DNA of 64,000 bases from an uncultured delta proteobacterium (GTDB lineage: Bacteria > Desulfobacterota > Desulfobacteria > Desulfobacterales > SG8-13), in contig CAWKCK010000001.1 of NCBI GenBank assembly GCA_963848135.1, positions 186,001-250,000 on the forward strand, given 5' to 3'. Below are positions 20,174-30,343 of the stretch, in pieces (positions within the stretch are counted from its first letter, which is position 1; every line of letters starts with the position of its first letter). The translations under genes and the position numbers were made by a program. Below the pieces are notes generated by a model, which saw only the letters and a program-made list of their open reading frames with translations, searched no databases and was not told the DNA's origin.

Positions 20174-21241
20174 ATGAAGATTGAACAATTTGGTTTCAAT
20201 ACATGGTTTCTTGATAGAATTGATCCTACAAAATTAATTGATCACCAAATTGCAAGAGTTACTACTGTCAATAAGGATAGTTATTCCATCAACAACGGCA
20301 AGGGTGATGTATCGGCCGAACTAACTGGTAAACTCATGTTCAGTGCTGATTCTCCGTTAGATTACCCAGCTACAGGAGATTGGGTGATTGCTCAATATTA
20401 TGATAAAGATTCTTTTGCCATCATTAGTGAGATTGTTCCAAGAAAATCCGTACTAAAACGGAAAACATCCGGAAAGAAGATCGAGTTTCAATTAATAGCC
20501 ACTAATATCGATACTGGTTTAATCGTTCAATCACTTGACTCCAATTATAATCTCAGGCGATTAGAACGCTATTTGGTCATGATAAATGAGAGCGATATAC
20601 AACCTACTGTATTATTAAGTAAAAGTGATCTACTGTCCGTTAATGAGATAGTTAAAGTGGTTGCTGAAATTCATGCCCTAGTTCCTGACATTCGAGTAGT
20701 GCCTTTTAGCAATGAAGACAATACGGGGCTGAAATTTGTTAAAGATTTATTGGTTCCTTGGAAAACGTATTGTTTGCTTGGATCATCGGGGGTTGGTAAA
20801 ACTACCTTAATAAATAACCTTCTGGGTGAAATGCGACTTAAAACCCAAAGCGTTAGAGAAAAAGACGGAAAAGGAAGACATATAACGACTCGCCGTGAAT
20901 TAATAAATTTGAAAAACGGGGCAATGATCATAGATACACCAGGTATGCGAGAACTCGGAAATTTTGCTGTTGATACCGGTATTCATAGTACATTTGATGA
21001 CATAGCAGAGTTATCAAATCTATGCCGTTATAATGATTGTTCCCATACACAAGAGCAAGGCTGTTCAATATTGGCAGCGTTGAAAGACGGACTAATTTCG
21101 CAGGAACGTTATCAAAATTTTGTGAAATTAAATAAAGAATCTGCTTTTTATGAAATGTCATATTTAGAGAAAAAGCGAAAAGATAAAAAGTTCGGAAAAT
21201 TTGTAAAATCTGTCATGAAGGATAAAAAACACAGAAGGTAG
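20174..21241 (+). CDS. rsgA: Ribosome small subunit-dependent GTPase A homologue
   Basis: PATGDWV, LRRLERYL, SKSDL, GSSGVGKTT, GRHITT, DTPGMRE, and the CRYNDCSH..GC zinc finger. Confidence 0.9.
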   Translation: MKIEQFGFNTWFLDRIDPTKLIDHQIARVTTVNKDSYSINNGKGDVSAELTGKLMFSADSPLDYPATGDWVIAQYYDKDSFAIISEIVPRKSVLKRKTSGKKIEFQLIATNIDTGLIVQSLDSNYNLRRLERYLVMINESDIQPTVLLSKSDLLSVNEIVKVVAEIHALVPDIRVVPFSNEDNTGLKFVKDLLVPWKTYCLLGSSGVGKTTLINNLLGEMRLKTQSVREKDGKGRHITTRRELINLKNGAMIIDTPGMRELGNFAVDTGIHSTFDDIAELSNLCRYNDCSHTQEQGCSILAALKDGLISQERYQNFVKLNKESAFYEMSYLEKKRKDKKFGKFVKSVMKDKKHRR

Positions 21242-21310
21242 AAACAAACACTGTCGAGTTTTTCTCATTTTTTGGATACTACAAGATATAGTGGTTTTAA
21301 GTACTTATAT

Positions 21311-21385
21311 GTGAAAATTGAGACTTGAACTTACATTCCTATATGTGAGGTCTAATGAAATCTGACAAACTACTTATACCATCTG
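21311..21385 (+). repeat. 75-bp dispersed repeat (inverted near-identical copy at 51372-51446)
   Basis: GTGAAAATTGAGACTTGAACTTACATTCCTATATGTGAGGTCTAATGAAATCTGACAAACTAC.TATACCATCTG occurs at both loci. Confidence 0.9.
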
Positions 21386-21529
21386 GCATATATGTAGTTT
21401 TGCAATTGTGCAAATATTCTCGATATATCAGTACTTAGCTGGTATTTGGTTTTCCCATATAATATCACCACCCGGAGGAACCCGGGACATCTAAAATATA
21501 GGCTGTTCATTCTATTGGGTGGTTTTTTA

Positions 21530-22864
21530 TTACTCTTTGCTGTTAGCCTGATCAACGTGGCCATCGGTCAATGTTTTTAAGAATGCAACAATCGCATCCT
21601 CATCGGCATCCGTGAGCTTAAGATCTCCAAGTTCATCTGAATTGACATTAAAGTTTACCTCCGGCGGGGGCCAACAGTTTTCACCCTCGATCTCCCCATC
21701 AGCTTTCCGGCATATTCCCAGAGTGTCCCGCGTATTGTAGAAATGGACGATCTGTTTGAGATCCTTGAAGTAACCATTATGTCCGTATGATTTAACGAAA
21801 TCGGAATGCGGTCGTTTATCAACATTACGTAGTGTCGGAACTTTGTGCTTTCCGATATTGTTCAGCCAGCGTTCTCTGAAATCGTGCCGGGTCAGCAAAA
21901 AGCCACCAAGTCCGTTATCTACCCATTGACGCCCTTGGGGATTTACCTCTGAAGGCATGGTATAGAAGGGATTTTCAAGATTTTTAGGAACCCCCAGGTT
22001 ATCGTAAGTAAAATCCGTAAAAAGGGGAGGCGTATCGCCGGGACCAGGGTCCAGAACATGGCAATCAGCACACTTGCCTTTATTTTTAAACAGTTCAAAA
22101 CCGGTCTGTTCTATACCAGTCAGAGTTGCCTCTCCTTTCATATATCTATCAAATTTGGAAGAAAAGGGATTAACTTCTTTTGACGCCTCAAAGGCTGCGA
22201 TCGATAAGGCGATTTGATCAAATACCTTAATAGCTTTCTCCATTTCTCTGTCGGGCAGCTGTATTGTAATTTCTTTTTGTACGCACATTTTGTCCAAATT
22301 TTCCGGCCAGCTTATTTCACAAACACCTTCTCCCCAGACCTCTTCGAACGATACCGGATAGGGTGTGATGGGATTGCAAACGCGGTAAACAACGCATAGC
22401 ATATCCGGCAGGGCCTGTTCTACCGGGTTAACAAAAGGGCCCTTGGCCTGATCGGCTACGGGATTGCCCAGTTCTTCTCCTGTGGCCCTACCATCCCAAA
22501 AATTACCGCCGACAAACAGTTGCTCGTTTTCTTCTGTGTCTGTAAAAAGGTGAAGCTTGGGGTGAGTTGCTGCATAGGCTGCGCTCGGCGGTTTGCGGTT
22601 GCCGCTGAGTCCGCGAACAGATCCTTCATAAACAGCTTCCCGGGCATTGACGGCAGAGTCGGGACCAGTCCAACCGGCCTCAGGATCGTGACAGGTAGCA
22701 CAGGATTGATTGCGCTTGAGCGATAATTGCTTATCAAAAAATATTGATTTGCCCAGTTGTTCCTTGGCACTGAGAGTTTGATCGCCTGCCCCACCTGTAA
22801 GGCTAAAGCCCGCAAATAAAATAACAATGAAAATAATTAAAAAATAAAATTTCTTCGAGTTCAT
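21530..22864 (-). CDS. Di-heme cytochrome c peroxidase / MauG family protein
   Basis: LGKSIFFD, SCATCH, FWDGRA, CADCH, KVPTLRNV; signal peptide from MNSKKFY. Confidence 0.9.
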   Translation of the reverse strand: MNSKKFYFLIIFIVILFAGFSLTGGAGDQTLSAKEQLGKSIFFDKQLSLKRNQSCATCHDPEAGWTGPDSAVNAREAVYEGSVRGLSGNRKPPSAAYAATHPKLHLFTDTEENEQLFVGGNFWDGRATGEELGNPVADQAKGPFVNPVEQALPDMLCVVYRVCNPITPYPVSFEEVWGEGVCEISWPENLDKMCVQKEITIQLPDREMEKAIKVFDQIALSIAAFEASKEVNPFSSKFDRYMKGEATLTGIEQTGFELFKNKGKCADCHVLDPGPGDTPPLFTDFTYDNLGVPKNLENPFYTMPSEVNPQGRQWVDNGLGGFLLTRHDFRERWLNNIGKHKVPTLRNVDKRPHSDFVKSYGHNGYFKDLKQIVHFYNTRDTLGICRKADGEIEGENCWPPPEVNFNVNSDELGDLKLTDADEDAIVAFLKTLTDGHVDQANSKE

Positions 22865-23097
22865 ATTCTTTCGTTCTCCGAGTGTCTTAAAACAAGGGGT
22901 TTGGACGTATGAGGGTATAAAGTTCGAATAGAATGCGCCATAAATTTTGATTGGCACGTTTCATGTTATGTGTCAATTCTAAAGATCAGGCAGCTTTTAA
23001 AGCCGGAAACAAATGCGACGTTCGGCGGTGGACCCAATCACTTGGACAACCTGAGCTTAGAGTTAAGCTCTGAGTCGGGCGTAGTGGGAGCGAGGCC

Positions 23098-23931
23098 TCA
23101 AGCAGCCTCGGCAAACGGATGGGGAAGACCGAAGTAAACCTCATCCGGGGTCAAGTTGTCAAGTGCCTGATGGGACCGCTCAGCGTTGTAAAACCCAAAC
23201 CACTGGCCAAGGCCCTGCCGAAGCTCGGAACCGTTGTTAAAAGACCACAGGTAAACATACTGGTACTTGAGCGTCCACCACAGTCGTTCAATGAAAATAT
23301 TGTCCTGGACACGGCCGCGGCCGTCCATTCTGATCCGCACATTGTGCGACTTGAGTAAATTTGTAAAACCGGCACTGGTAAATTGAGCGCCTTGATCGGT
23401 ATTAAATATTTCTGGCGTACCGTGGCGACTGATGGCCTCTTCTACGGCCTCGATACAAAAATCGGTATCCAGGGTATTGGATACCCGCCAGGATAAAACT
23501 TTGCGACTGTACCAGTCCATGACGGCAACAAGATACATAAAGCCACGGTTCATCGGAATGTAGGTGATGTCGGCTGCCCACACCTGGTTGGGCTGGTCAA
23601 CCACCGTGTTTCGTAGCAAGTAGGGGTAGACTTTATGGGCCGGATGCGGTCGGCTGGTTTTTGGTTTCGGATAAATTGCCTCAAGGCCCATTAGCCGCAT
23701 CAGCCCCTGAACCCGTTTACGGTTGATTTTATAGCCCATTCGGCGAAGATGGTTTCGCATCGAGCGACTGCCCCAACTGGGTGTCTTTAGATACTGCTCA
23801 TTGATCAGGCGCATCAGCTTCAGATCTTCGGGCTTAATTGGTTTCTTTTTGTAGTAGTAGGTGGAGCGATTCAGGTTCAATATCCCGCACTGTCTGGACG
23901 CGCTCAACTTCTGGTCATTAGCATCGATCAT
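23098..23931 (-). CDS. IS3 transposase OrfB (DDE)
   Basis: WAADITY, FNTDQGAQF, DNIFIERLW. Confidence 0.95.
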   Translation of the reverse strand: MIDANDQKLSASRQCGILNLNRSTYYYKKKPIKPEDLKLMRLINEQYLKTPSWGSRSMRNHLRRMGYKINRKRVQGLMRLMGLEAIYPKPKTSRPHPAHKVYPYLLRNTVVDQPNQVWAADITYIPMNRGFMYLVAVMDWYSRKVLSWRVSNTLDTDFCIEAVEEAISRHGTPEIFNTDQGAQFTSAGFTNLLKSHNVRIRMDGRGRVQDNIFIERLWWTLKYQYVYLWSFNNGSELRQGLGQWFGFYNAERSHQALDNLTPDEVYFGLPHPFAEAA

Positions 23932-23951
23932 TTGACGCCGCTCCTTGACAC

Positions 23952-24233
23952 TTAGAAGTCGAGCTTTCGTGATAAAAAATCGTTTTCCACCTTCAGCTTG
24001 CCGATTTGCCGATGAAGCTCATCGATCTTTTCATCGGTTTGCTTTCGGGAGACTTGGCCCTTATCGAAAATCTCGGCGGCGCCATCAAGCAATGAGCGTT
24101 TCCATCCGCTGATCATTGTGGGATGCACGCCGAAGCGCTGAGCCAGCTCTGCGGTGGTTTCTTCGTTCTTTAACGCGGCCAACGCGACCTTGGTTTTGAA
24201 CTCTGAACTGTACTTTTTTCGCTTTTTGCCCAT
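23952..24233 (-). CDS. IS3 transposase OrfA (HTH)
   Basis: YSSEFKTKVAL..ELAQRFGVHP; T_TTT_TTA slippery site near the 3' end. Confidence 0.9.
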   Translation of the reverse strand: MGKKRKKYSSEFKTKVALAALKNEETTAELAQRFGVHPTMISGWKRSLLDGAAEIFDKGQVSRKQTDEKIDELHRQIGKLKVENDFLSRKLDF

Positions 24234-24304
24234 TTGTCAGTTCCTTTCTTGTTTGGACTGACTCAGAGCTTAACACATTGTCCAGTTTTTGGGGACCACC
24301 GCCA

Positions 24305-24642
24305 TTATAATGGCGGATTTGCACCGTACCCGACGCTTAGAACGAGAGAAGGAACAACGCCGTTGGGAAATGGAACGGCAGCGACGCGCAGAGATTGAAA
24401 GACTACGTCAAATCGAGGAGGAGCGCAGGAGGAAGCTTGAAAAACAGGCTGAAAACCTGGCCAAAAGCGTGCAGGTTAAAAAGCTTATCGAAGCAACTAT
24501 GGCAGCAGCATCTAAAAAGGGCATTTCAGCTGAATCAAGACCAGAATATCGAAAATGGCTGAAGTGGGCGACGGCTCATGCAGACCGTTTAAACCCGCTA
24601 AAGGATCGTTTGCCTTTTGAATCTGACAGTGATGATCGGTAA
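24305..24642 (+). pseudogene. 3' remnant of a hypothetical gene cut by the IS3
   Basis: Open frame begins at the IS end; charged coiled coil, then WLKWATAHADRLNPL. Confidence 0.55.
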
Positions 24643-24664
24643 GGTACAAAGTTAGAATCGATAG

Positions 24665-24870
24665 AAACAAAACAAAGTGTCACTCATGTTCAATTTCCGA
24701 CTGAGTGACACTTTGTTTTGTTTTTTACCGATTTTGTAACCAACTGATATTATAAGAACACAGCGGACACTATATTTTGGTCCTTACCATCCCTTGTTTA
24801 AGTCTAAAACATAATGTCACTGTCGCAAACATAGTGTCACTGGCCGAAAGATAATGTCACTTCAGAAAAA
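24665..24870 (-). mobile_element. Degenerate transposon-end-like sequence (Tn7-like), element interior to the left
   Basis: Three AAA(C/G)ATA(A/G)TGTCACT boxes at an exact 20-bp period (24807, 24827, 24847) and a 22-bp-arm palindrome at 24665-24723. Homologous in inverted orientation to 51752-51936. Confidence 0.55.
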
Positions 24871-25194
24871 AATATCGTTCATTTTGCCGGTCTCAAATGC
24901 GGCTTCTGGACATTTTCCCCCAAGAAAGTGCTCGACCCTTGGGCCGGGTATTCCATCTGATGGATTCGCTAGGTAATTTTTAGGATTAATTTCCAGCCCG
25001 AAACACTTGTTGATATATGAACTACCGAATCTGACGAATATGTCAAGAGGGCTTCTATCGTCCCTTCCTGATCATGACAATCAAGGTGGGACATTACCTG
25101 TAATTCGATAAGAAAACAAGTTTCGAGGGGTTATGCTGTTGGTCAGAATGTTAAATAGTTATGGTGTGAATGCTTTTTCAGGGGATAACGTTTC

Positions 25195-25398
25195 AGGCAT
25201 ACTTGATAATAGGGTGCACAATTTTCTATAGATGGCACACCACGCTCCTGTTGCGACAAAATGATTTATGTACTTTCAACAGATTTCAGCATAACACAAA
25301 TTCAAAGTAACCCGCTGAAATGATGGAATCACAATATCCCTTTCATTGGGCTTTTCAATGATAAATATTTTTTTAGCGTAGCGATATGTTGGAGACAT
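25195..25398 (+). repeat. About 200-bp dispersed repeat (25243-25398 inverted at 40189-40344; 25195-25254 direct at 37313-37372)
   Basis: Long shared tracts such as TTGCGACAAAATGATTTA.GTACTTTCAACAGA.TTCAGCATAACACAAATTCAAAGTAACCCGCTGAAATGAT and TTAGCGTAGCGATATGTTGGAGACAT. Confidence 0.9.
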
Positions 25399-25509
25399 TA
25401 AAACTTTTCGGAAGAAAAAGCATTACAGCAAAATGGGACTGCCGTTTGCCGACCTCGAATGAAGGTCGGCAAACAGCAATAGCGTGTATCACAGATTTTA
25501 GGCATTTTG

Positions 25510-27162
25510 TTAATGCATGTCGGGCTGTGAACCAGGCACGCCGCCTCCGAAATCGACCGGTGAAGCATAGTAAATTTTCTGCCACTTTTCTTGGGAGAGT
25601 GGCTCGAAATGGCTCTCAGCCTGCTCGAAACGGATTGGCTGACCGGGATTCACTCCTTTCAGAGGTTCCTGGTCTTTCATGACAAGTGTCCCGTTAACAA
25701 TTACGTGTGGAATCCCTGTGGACGGAAGCGTGCCTTTTTCATAGGTCGAATTATCGGTTACGGTTTCAGGATCGAAAATAGTGATATCGGCCACCATGCC
25801 TTTCTGCATCCGGCCACGTACCTGCATGGCTTTTAAGCCCATATCGCCCAGAGGCTTGGCATAATTGTAACTGGTCATGGATACGGCCTGCATCAGCGGA
25901 ATATTGTTTTCCCTGGCAATGCGAAGCACTCTAGAAAAACTCCCGGAAAAACGCGGGTGGGTATTGGGAAGATCTTCGTATGGGGTGTCCCAGGTCAGAT
26001 TATCGTCGGGGAATAATGGCATGCCATCACTGCCAATGGCGACGTCAGTCATTTTGATCCAATCTACAATTGCCGATTTAGGGATCTTGTAAACCAGGAC
26101 AACACGTGTTGGCTCTTTTTTTAGCATCTCCTCACGCGATTTTTGAGTGTAGAATTCGCCGGTTGCGACATCCTGAATCGTGTCTTCGTATTTGTTGCCC
26201 AGGGCCTTTACCCAAATATCGGGTTCGAGAAACACGGCATTCAAAGCAGTGGAACCCGCGGCATATGGATAGATTTCACCCCAGACGTTGTAGCCTTTTT
26301 CTCGCATCCTCACCAGAAGCTCATGCACCATATTGTATCCCGGATTATTGAAATGGGCGGCTATGGCTGGCGTCCCTAATGCAGCGGCATTTGTCAGCAT
26401 CTCCTGGATACCATTGGTTTCACCGGTATCATCACCGGGCGTATAGCGGAAGTGCATATCAATAAAGCGGCCATAAAGTCCGCTCAGCTTTTGCAGTTCG
26501 AATATTTCGCGGGCCGATACCCCTTCGCGCATATATCCAACAGTAGAGCCGATTCCAAGTCCTCCCTGCTGTAAGCCTTGGTCAATAAGGGCAAGGATCT
26601 GGTTGCCCTGCTCCAGGGTGGGCCTGGTCTTGGACCAACCCTGTTTGACACGAGAACGGATAGCATCGGGAGTGTAAAAATATTTCCAATCTTTAAAACC
26701 ATCAAGTACCGCAGCCCTTGCAAATTCATGAGCTACAGCAACACCAAAATTAATCGGAGCTTTCCCCTCGCGTCGTTTATACCACTCGTTGAGTTTTGGG
26801 CCGTGAGCACCTATCTCCAAATCCATAATGGTAGTACGACCGTCGCGTAGCATTAATCGGTAGGCATATGGTTCAATACAATGCTGGTGACCGTCGATAA
26901 AACCGGGAGCCACCACCATTCCCGTGGCGTCAATGGTTTGCTTGCCGCTGATCTTATCCTCGGTGATTGCGGCGATCTTACCGTCTTTGATGCCAACATT
27001 GGATACCGCATCGTACATCGTCTCCGGGTCCATGACCCTGCCGTTGTTGATGACCACGTCGTAGTCTGCGGCCAAGGACATGGTTTCAGTTAGCACAAAC
27101 AAACAGAGAATAATGCATAAAATAATCGGAAACTGAAATCGGAATGGTGTTCTTGTCTTCAT
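25510..27162 (-). CDS. Exported amidohydrolase, D-aminoacylase-like
   Basis: VAPGFIDGHQH, IGSDG, HPR, GMVADITIFDP, VIVNG; signal peptide. Confidence 0.85.
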   Translation of the reverse strand: MKTRTPFRFQFPIILCIILCLFVLTETMSLAADYDVVINNGRVMDPETMYDAVSNVGIKDGKIAAITEDKISGKQTIDATGMVVAPGFIDGHQHCIEPYAYRLMLRDGRTTIMDLEIGAHGPKLNEWYKRREGKAPINFGVAVAHEFARAAVLDGFKDWKYFYTPDAIRSRVKQGWSKTRPTLEQGNQILALIDQGLQQGGLGIGSTVGYMREGVSAREIFELQKLSGLYGRFIDMHFRYTPGDDTGETNGIQEMLTNAAALGTPAIAAHFNNPGYNMVHELLVRMREKGYNVWGEIYPYAAGSTALNAVFLEPDIWVKALGNKYEDTIQDVATGEFYTQKSREEMLKKEPTRVVLVYKIPKSAIVDWIKMTDVAIGSDGMPLFPDDNLTWDTPYEDLPNTHPRFSGSFSRVLRIARENNIPLMQAVSMTSYNYAKPLGDMGLKAMQVRGRMQKGMVADITIFDPETVTDNSTYEKGTLPSTGIPHVIVNGTLVMKDQEPLKGVNPGQPIRFEQAESHFEPLSQEKWQKIYYASPVDFGGGVPGSQPDMH

Positions 27163-27494
27163 TTTCTTAATTCTCCTTAGATTTTAGCGAGAAACATCTG
27201 ATTACTTAAAATAATAGGACATCATATATGGTAGTTTATCTTGTAAATTTCAGGGTTGTGATAAATTGAGAGTATCCCAAGAAATTCAGGACTGTCAAAT
27301 CATTTGATTACATAACATAATCTGCAGATTGTGATGAATTTCAAATGGACCTGGTATATGCCAATCAGGACCTTGCCAACATACACTGTCTGCGGATAAG
27401 TGTCCTAATTGCCAGTTAATGGCACAGCAAATCTGAGAAAATGGGGTGACACTCCCGAGTGTAAAAACCTATTACACAGAAAGGAGTGAGACCC

Positions 27495-29306
27495 ATGGCA
27501 AAGAAAAAGAAGAACCGTTCGGCCGGGGGGAAGAAAGCCACCCGGACCTGGGCCTATCCGGTTGAGTTCCGAGTCCGGATCGTTAAACTCTTCATGGAGG
27601 AGGGCTACAGCGCCTCGCTGATCAGTGAACAGCTCGGCATAAGCCATCATTCGATCCGCCGCTGGGTCAATGCGTACCGGCAGGGCGGTGTCCAGGGATT
27701 GGAGCCCAAGCCTCGCCCAGGAAGTAAATCCAGCGTAAAGCCTGAGGTCCGGCGGCGAATGGTGGCGGTCAAGAAGGCGCACCCGGAATACGGACCGCGA
27801 CGAATCGCCGACGTCCTCAAACGGTTTTTCCTTATCCCTGCCAGCCAATCAACTGTCCATCGAACGCTGTCCGACAATGGATTGGTCAGCAAGGCCAAGC
27901 GCAAACCGGTAAAGAATCCTTCCAAGCCCAGGTTTTTCGAGCGCTCCCGTCCCAACCAGCTGTGGCAGAGCGACATCATGTCCTTCCGGCTGGCCGGACG
28001 CAACGCCTACCTGATCGGCTTCATGGACGATTACAGCCGCTACATCACCGCCCTGGGATTGTACCGCAGCCAGACGGCCGCCCATGTGCTGGAGACCTAT
28101 CGCCGGGGTATTGCCGAATACGGTGTGCCCAGGGAGATGCTCACCGACAACGGCCGCCAGTACACCAACTGGCGGGGCAAGACGCGCTTCGAGCGGGAGA
28201 TGAAAAAGGACCGTGTCAAGCATATCCGTTCGCGTCCCCACCATCCCATGACCCTGGGAAAGATCGAGCGTTTCTGGAAATCGATCCTGGGCGAGTTCCT
28301 CCAGCGGGCCCAGTTCGACAGCTTCGAGCAGGCGGTGGAGCGAACTAATTTTTGGATCAAATATTACAATCACCGACGCCCTCACCAGGGTATCGGCGGC
28401 CTGTGCCCGGCCGACCGATTCTTCGAAATCGCCCACGAGCTGAAGAAGACCCTGCAGCGCGGCGTCGAGGAAAACGCACTCGAATTGGCGCTTCGGGGCC
28501 GCCCGGTGGACCCATTTTACATGGTCGGTCGCATGGGCGGCCAATCGGTGGTCATCCGTGCCGAAAAGGGCAAGGTCAGGATGCTGGTGGACGAGGCCAG
28601 CCACGAAAAAGAACTTGTGTACGACGCAAGAAAGGATATAGACCATGAAGACAAGCCAACGAACCCGCAGAGTATTCGACCCGCAGCAGAAAATAACGGC
28701 CGTTTTGTCGATCTGGAGCGAGCGGCGCACCAGCGCCCAGGTTTGCCAGGAACTGGAGATCGAGGGCATGCTCAAGGCCCTGGACCCAAAGCAGAAGGAC
28801 CCGCTGCCGCCGATCAACCAGCGGTTGTCCCGGCTGATCGCAAAGAAGCTGAACGATCCGGGCGGCAAACTGGAAAAACGTCTCCAATCCATCCAGAAGG
28901 CAGCGTCGGCCGGATAGGCGAGGAAGCCTATGGCAAAGCAACCATCGAATCAGCAAATGGCGCGGCTCAGGGCCGAGATGATCATGAAGGTCCGCTGCGG
29001 CCTGCTTACCGCCCGCCAGGCCGCCGATCGGCTGGGCGTGTCTCGCAAGACGTTCTACAAGTGGGAGACGCGGGGACTGTCCGCCCTTCTGGACAGTGTG
29101 ACCGACCAGCCTCCCGGCCGCCCGTCTCATCCGTCGGACGACCATCGCCAATGGCTGGAGAAGCAGCTCCAGGACGCCAACCGGCAGATCGAACTGCTGA
29201 ACCACAAAATGGCGCTGAAGGATGTGCTGATGGATTTGAAGCTTCCCCAAACCGGCAGCGACCGGACGAAAAAAAAATGAACGCATCCGACAGGCGGTGG
29301 CCATGA
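27495..29306 (+). CDS. IS481-like DDE transposase; the last ~200 aa are probably read-through over ORF2/ORF3
   Basis: N-terminal HTH, PEYGPRRI, WQSDI, MLTDNGRQY, GKIERFW, RPHQGI; RBS AAGGAG before ATG 27495. Confidence 0.85.
   Translation: MAKKKKNRSAGGKKATRTWAYPVEFRVRIVKLFMEEGYSASLISEQLGISHHSIRRWVNAYRQGGVQGLEPKPRPGSKSSVKPEVRRRMVAVKKAHPEYGPRRIADVLKRFFLIPASQSTVHRTLSDNGLVSKAKRKPVKNPSKPRFFERSRPNQLWQSDIMSFRLAGRNAYLIGFMDDYSRYITALGLYRSQTAAHVLETYRRGIAEYGVPREMLTDNGRQYTNWRGKTRFEREMKKDRVKHIRSRPHHPMTLGKIERFWKSILGEFLQRAQFDSFEQAVERTNFWIKYYNHRRPHQGIGGLCPADRFFEIAHELKKTLQRGVEENALELALRGRPVDPFYMVGRMGGQSVVIRAEKGKVRMLVDEASHEKELVYDARKDIDHEDKPTNPQSIRPAAENNGRFVDLERAAHQRPGLPGTGDRGHAQGPGPKAEGPAAADQPAVVPADRKEAERSGRQTGKTSPIHPEGSVGRIGEEAYGKATIESANGAAQGRDDHEGPLRPAYRPPGRRSAGRVSQDVLQVGDAGTVRPSGQCDRPASRPPVSSVGRPSPMAGEAAPGRQPADRTAEPQNGAEGCADGFEASPNRQRPDEKKMNASDRRWP
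28645..28917 (+). CDS. Small OrfA-like HTH protein within the element, possibly internally deleted
   Basis: RRVFDPQQKITAVL..AQVCQELEI resembles transposase HTH starts; RBS AAGGA. Confidence 0.6.
   Translation: MKTSQRTRRVFDPQQKITAVLSIWSERRTSAQVCQELEIEGMLKALDPKQKDPLPPINQRLSRLIAKKLNDPGGKLEKRLQSIQKAASAG
28930..29280 (+). CDS. HTH + coiled-coil protein within the element
   Basis: LTARQAADRLGVSRKTFYKWE; ends in an A9 run before TGA; RBS GAGGA. Confidence 0.8.
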   Translation: MAKQPSNQQMARLRAEMIMKVRCGLLTARQAADRLGVSRKTFYKWETRGLSALLDSVTDQPPGRPSHPSDDHRQWLEKQLQDANRQIELLNHKMALKDVLMDLKLPQTGSDRTKKK

Positions 29307-30343
29307 TCGAAGAGATGAAAACAGCCTATTCGCTCTCCTATACCCGCCTGGCGGACCAGGCAGGGCTGCGCTATCGAACGCTGATGCGCTGGAAACAGCG
29401 GCTTGCCAACGGCAAGGACGCCGTGGGAAAATGCGGCCCGAAGAAGGTCCGGCCGTTGAATCTCACCGAATTCAAGAAAAAGATCCAGGATTTGAATCAC
29501 GGTCGCAAACGCAGCCGCGGCACCGGCAGGCTTCATGCTGATTACGGCGAATCGATCTCCCGCAGGGAATTGAACGTGCTGGTTCGCAAGGCCCGCCGTG
29601 AGACCCATCGTCATCGGAAAGCCGAAGCCTGTCACGTTCGTTGGCTACGACCGAACCTGGCCTGGGCCGTTGACGATTGCCGGAAAAGCGATACCGAAGC
29701 GACCGGAACGCTGCATCTACACAACCTGACGGACCTTTGTTCTCGCTATAAGCTGCCACCCATCGCTTCCGGCAAGTTGCCCTGTGGAGAGGAGGTGGCC
29801 GGGCATCTGGCGCACCTGTTTGACCGCTTCGGTCCTCCTTTGTTCTGCAAGCGCGACAACGGTGGCAACCTGAACCACGCGACGGTTGACGAGGTGCTGG
29901 AAGATGCTTGGGTGATCCCGATTAACAGCCCGCAGTGCAGGCCTTCTTACAATGGTGCGATCGAACGGGCCCAACGGGAGTTCAAGGACCAAATCAAACG
30001 CTGGCAGTGGAAAGCCAATACGATGGAAGCATATTGTCTTTTGGCGGAAACTACGGCTCATGAGTTGAACCACAAACCCCGGCGCTGCCTGAATAATCGG
30101 ACGGCCTGCAATACCTATTTTGGAGATGGCCGCATTGGTTACACGAAACGCCAACGAAAATCCTTTTACCGATGGATACGGGACCTGGCAATCGAAATCG
30201 CGCTCCGGGCTGGCAAGCCTAAAATCACCAACGTGGAATGGAGAGTCGCTGCCAAGCAATGGCTGCTGAAAAATGATCTGGTCAAAATCGTAAGAGCGGG
30301 AAAAGTGTCACCCTATTTAAATCAAAACTTGTGCCATAATTAG
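29297..30343 (+). CDS. Second integrase-core (DDE) transposase of the element
   Basis: PNLAWAVD, DLCSRY, KRDNGGN, YNGAIERAQREFK, LNHKPRRCL. Confidence 0.85.
   Translation: MAMIEEMKTAYSLSYTRLADQAGLRYRTLMRWKQRLANGKDAVGKCGPKKVRPLNLTEFKKKIQDLNHGRKRSRGTGRLHADYGESISRRELNVLVRKARRETHRHRKAEACHVRWLRPNLAWAVDDCRKSDTEATGTLHLHNLTDLCSRYKLPPIASGKLPCGEEVAGHLAHLFDRFGPPLFCKRDNGGNLNHATVDEVLEDAWVIPINSPQCRPSYNGAIERAQREFKDQIKRWQWKANTMEAYCLLAETTAHELNHKPRRCLNNRTACNTYFGDGRIGYTKRQRKSFYRWIRDLAIEIALRAGKPKITNVEWRVAAKQWLLKNDLVKIVRAGKVSPYLNQNLCHN

Larger units (their letters stand above)
23023..24304 (-). mobile_element. IS3-family insertion sequence
   Basis: Inverted ends (T/C)GGCGGTGG.CCCAA..A.T.GGACAA, an internal 15-bp inverted repeat GTTAAGCTCTGAGTC (23062-23076 and 24260-24274), and orfA/orfB. 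No target duplication visible. Confidence 0.9.

Noticed and set aside
22951..22967. TTGGCACG as a sigma54 promoter for the peroxidase gene
   Set aside because: It points away from the gene and the -12 element is poor.
24807..24861. Short direct repeats as a mini-CRISPR or replication iterons
   Set aside because: Spacers are only 5 nt and no rep or cas gene is near; better explained as transposase-binding boxes.
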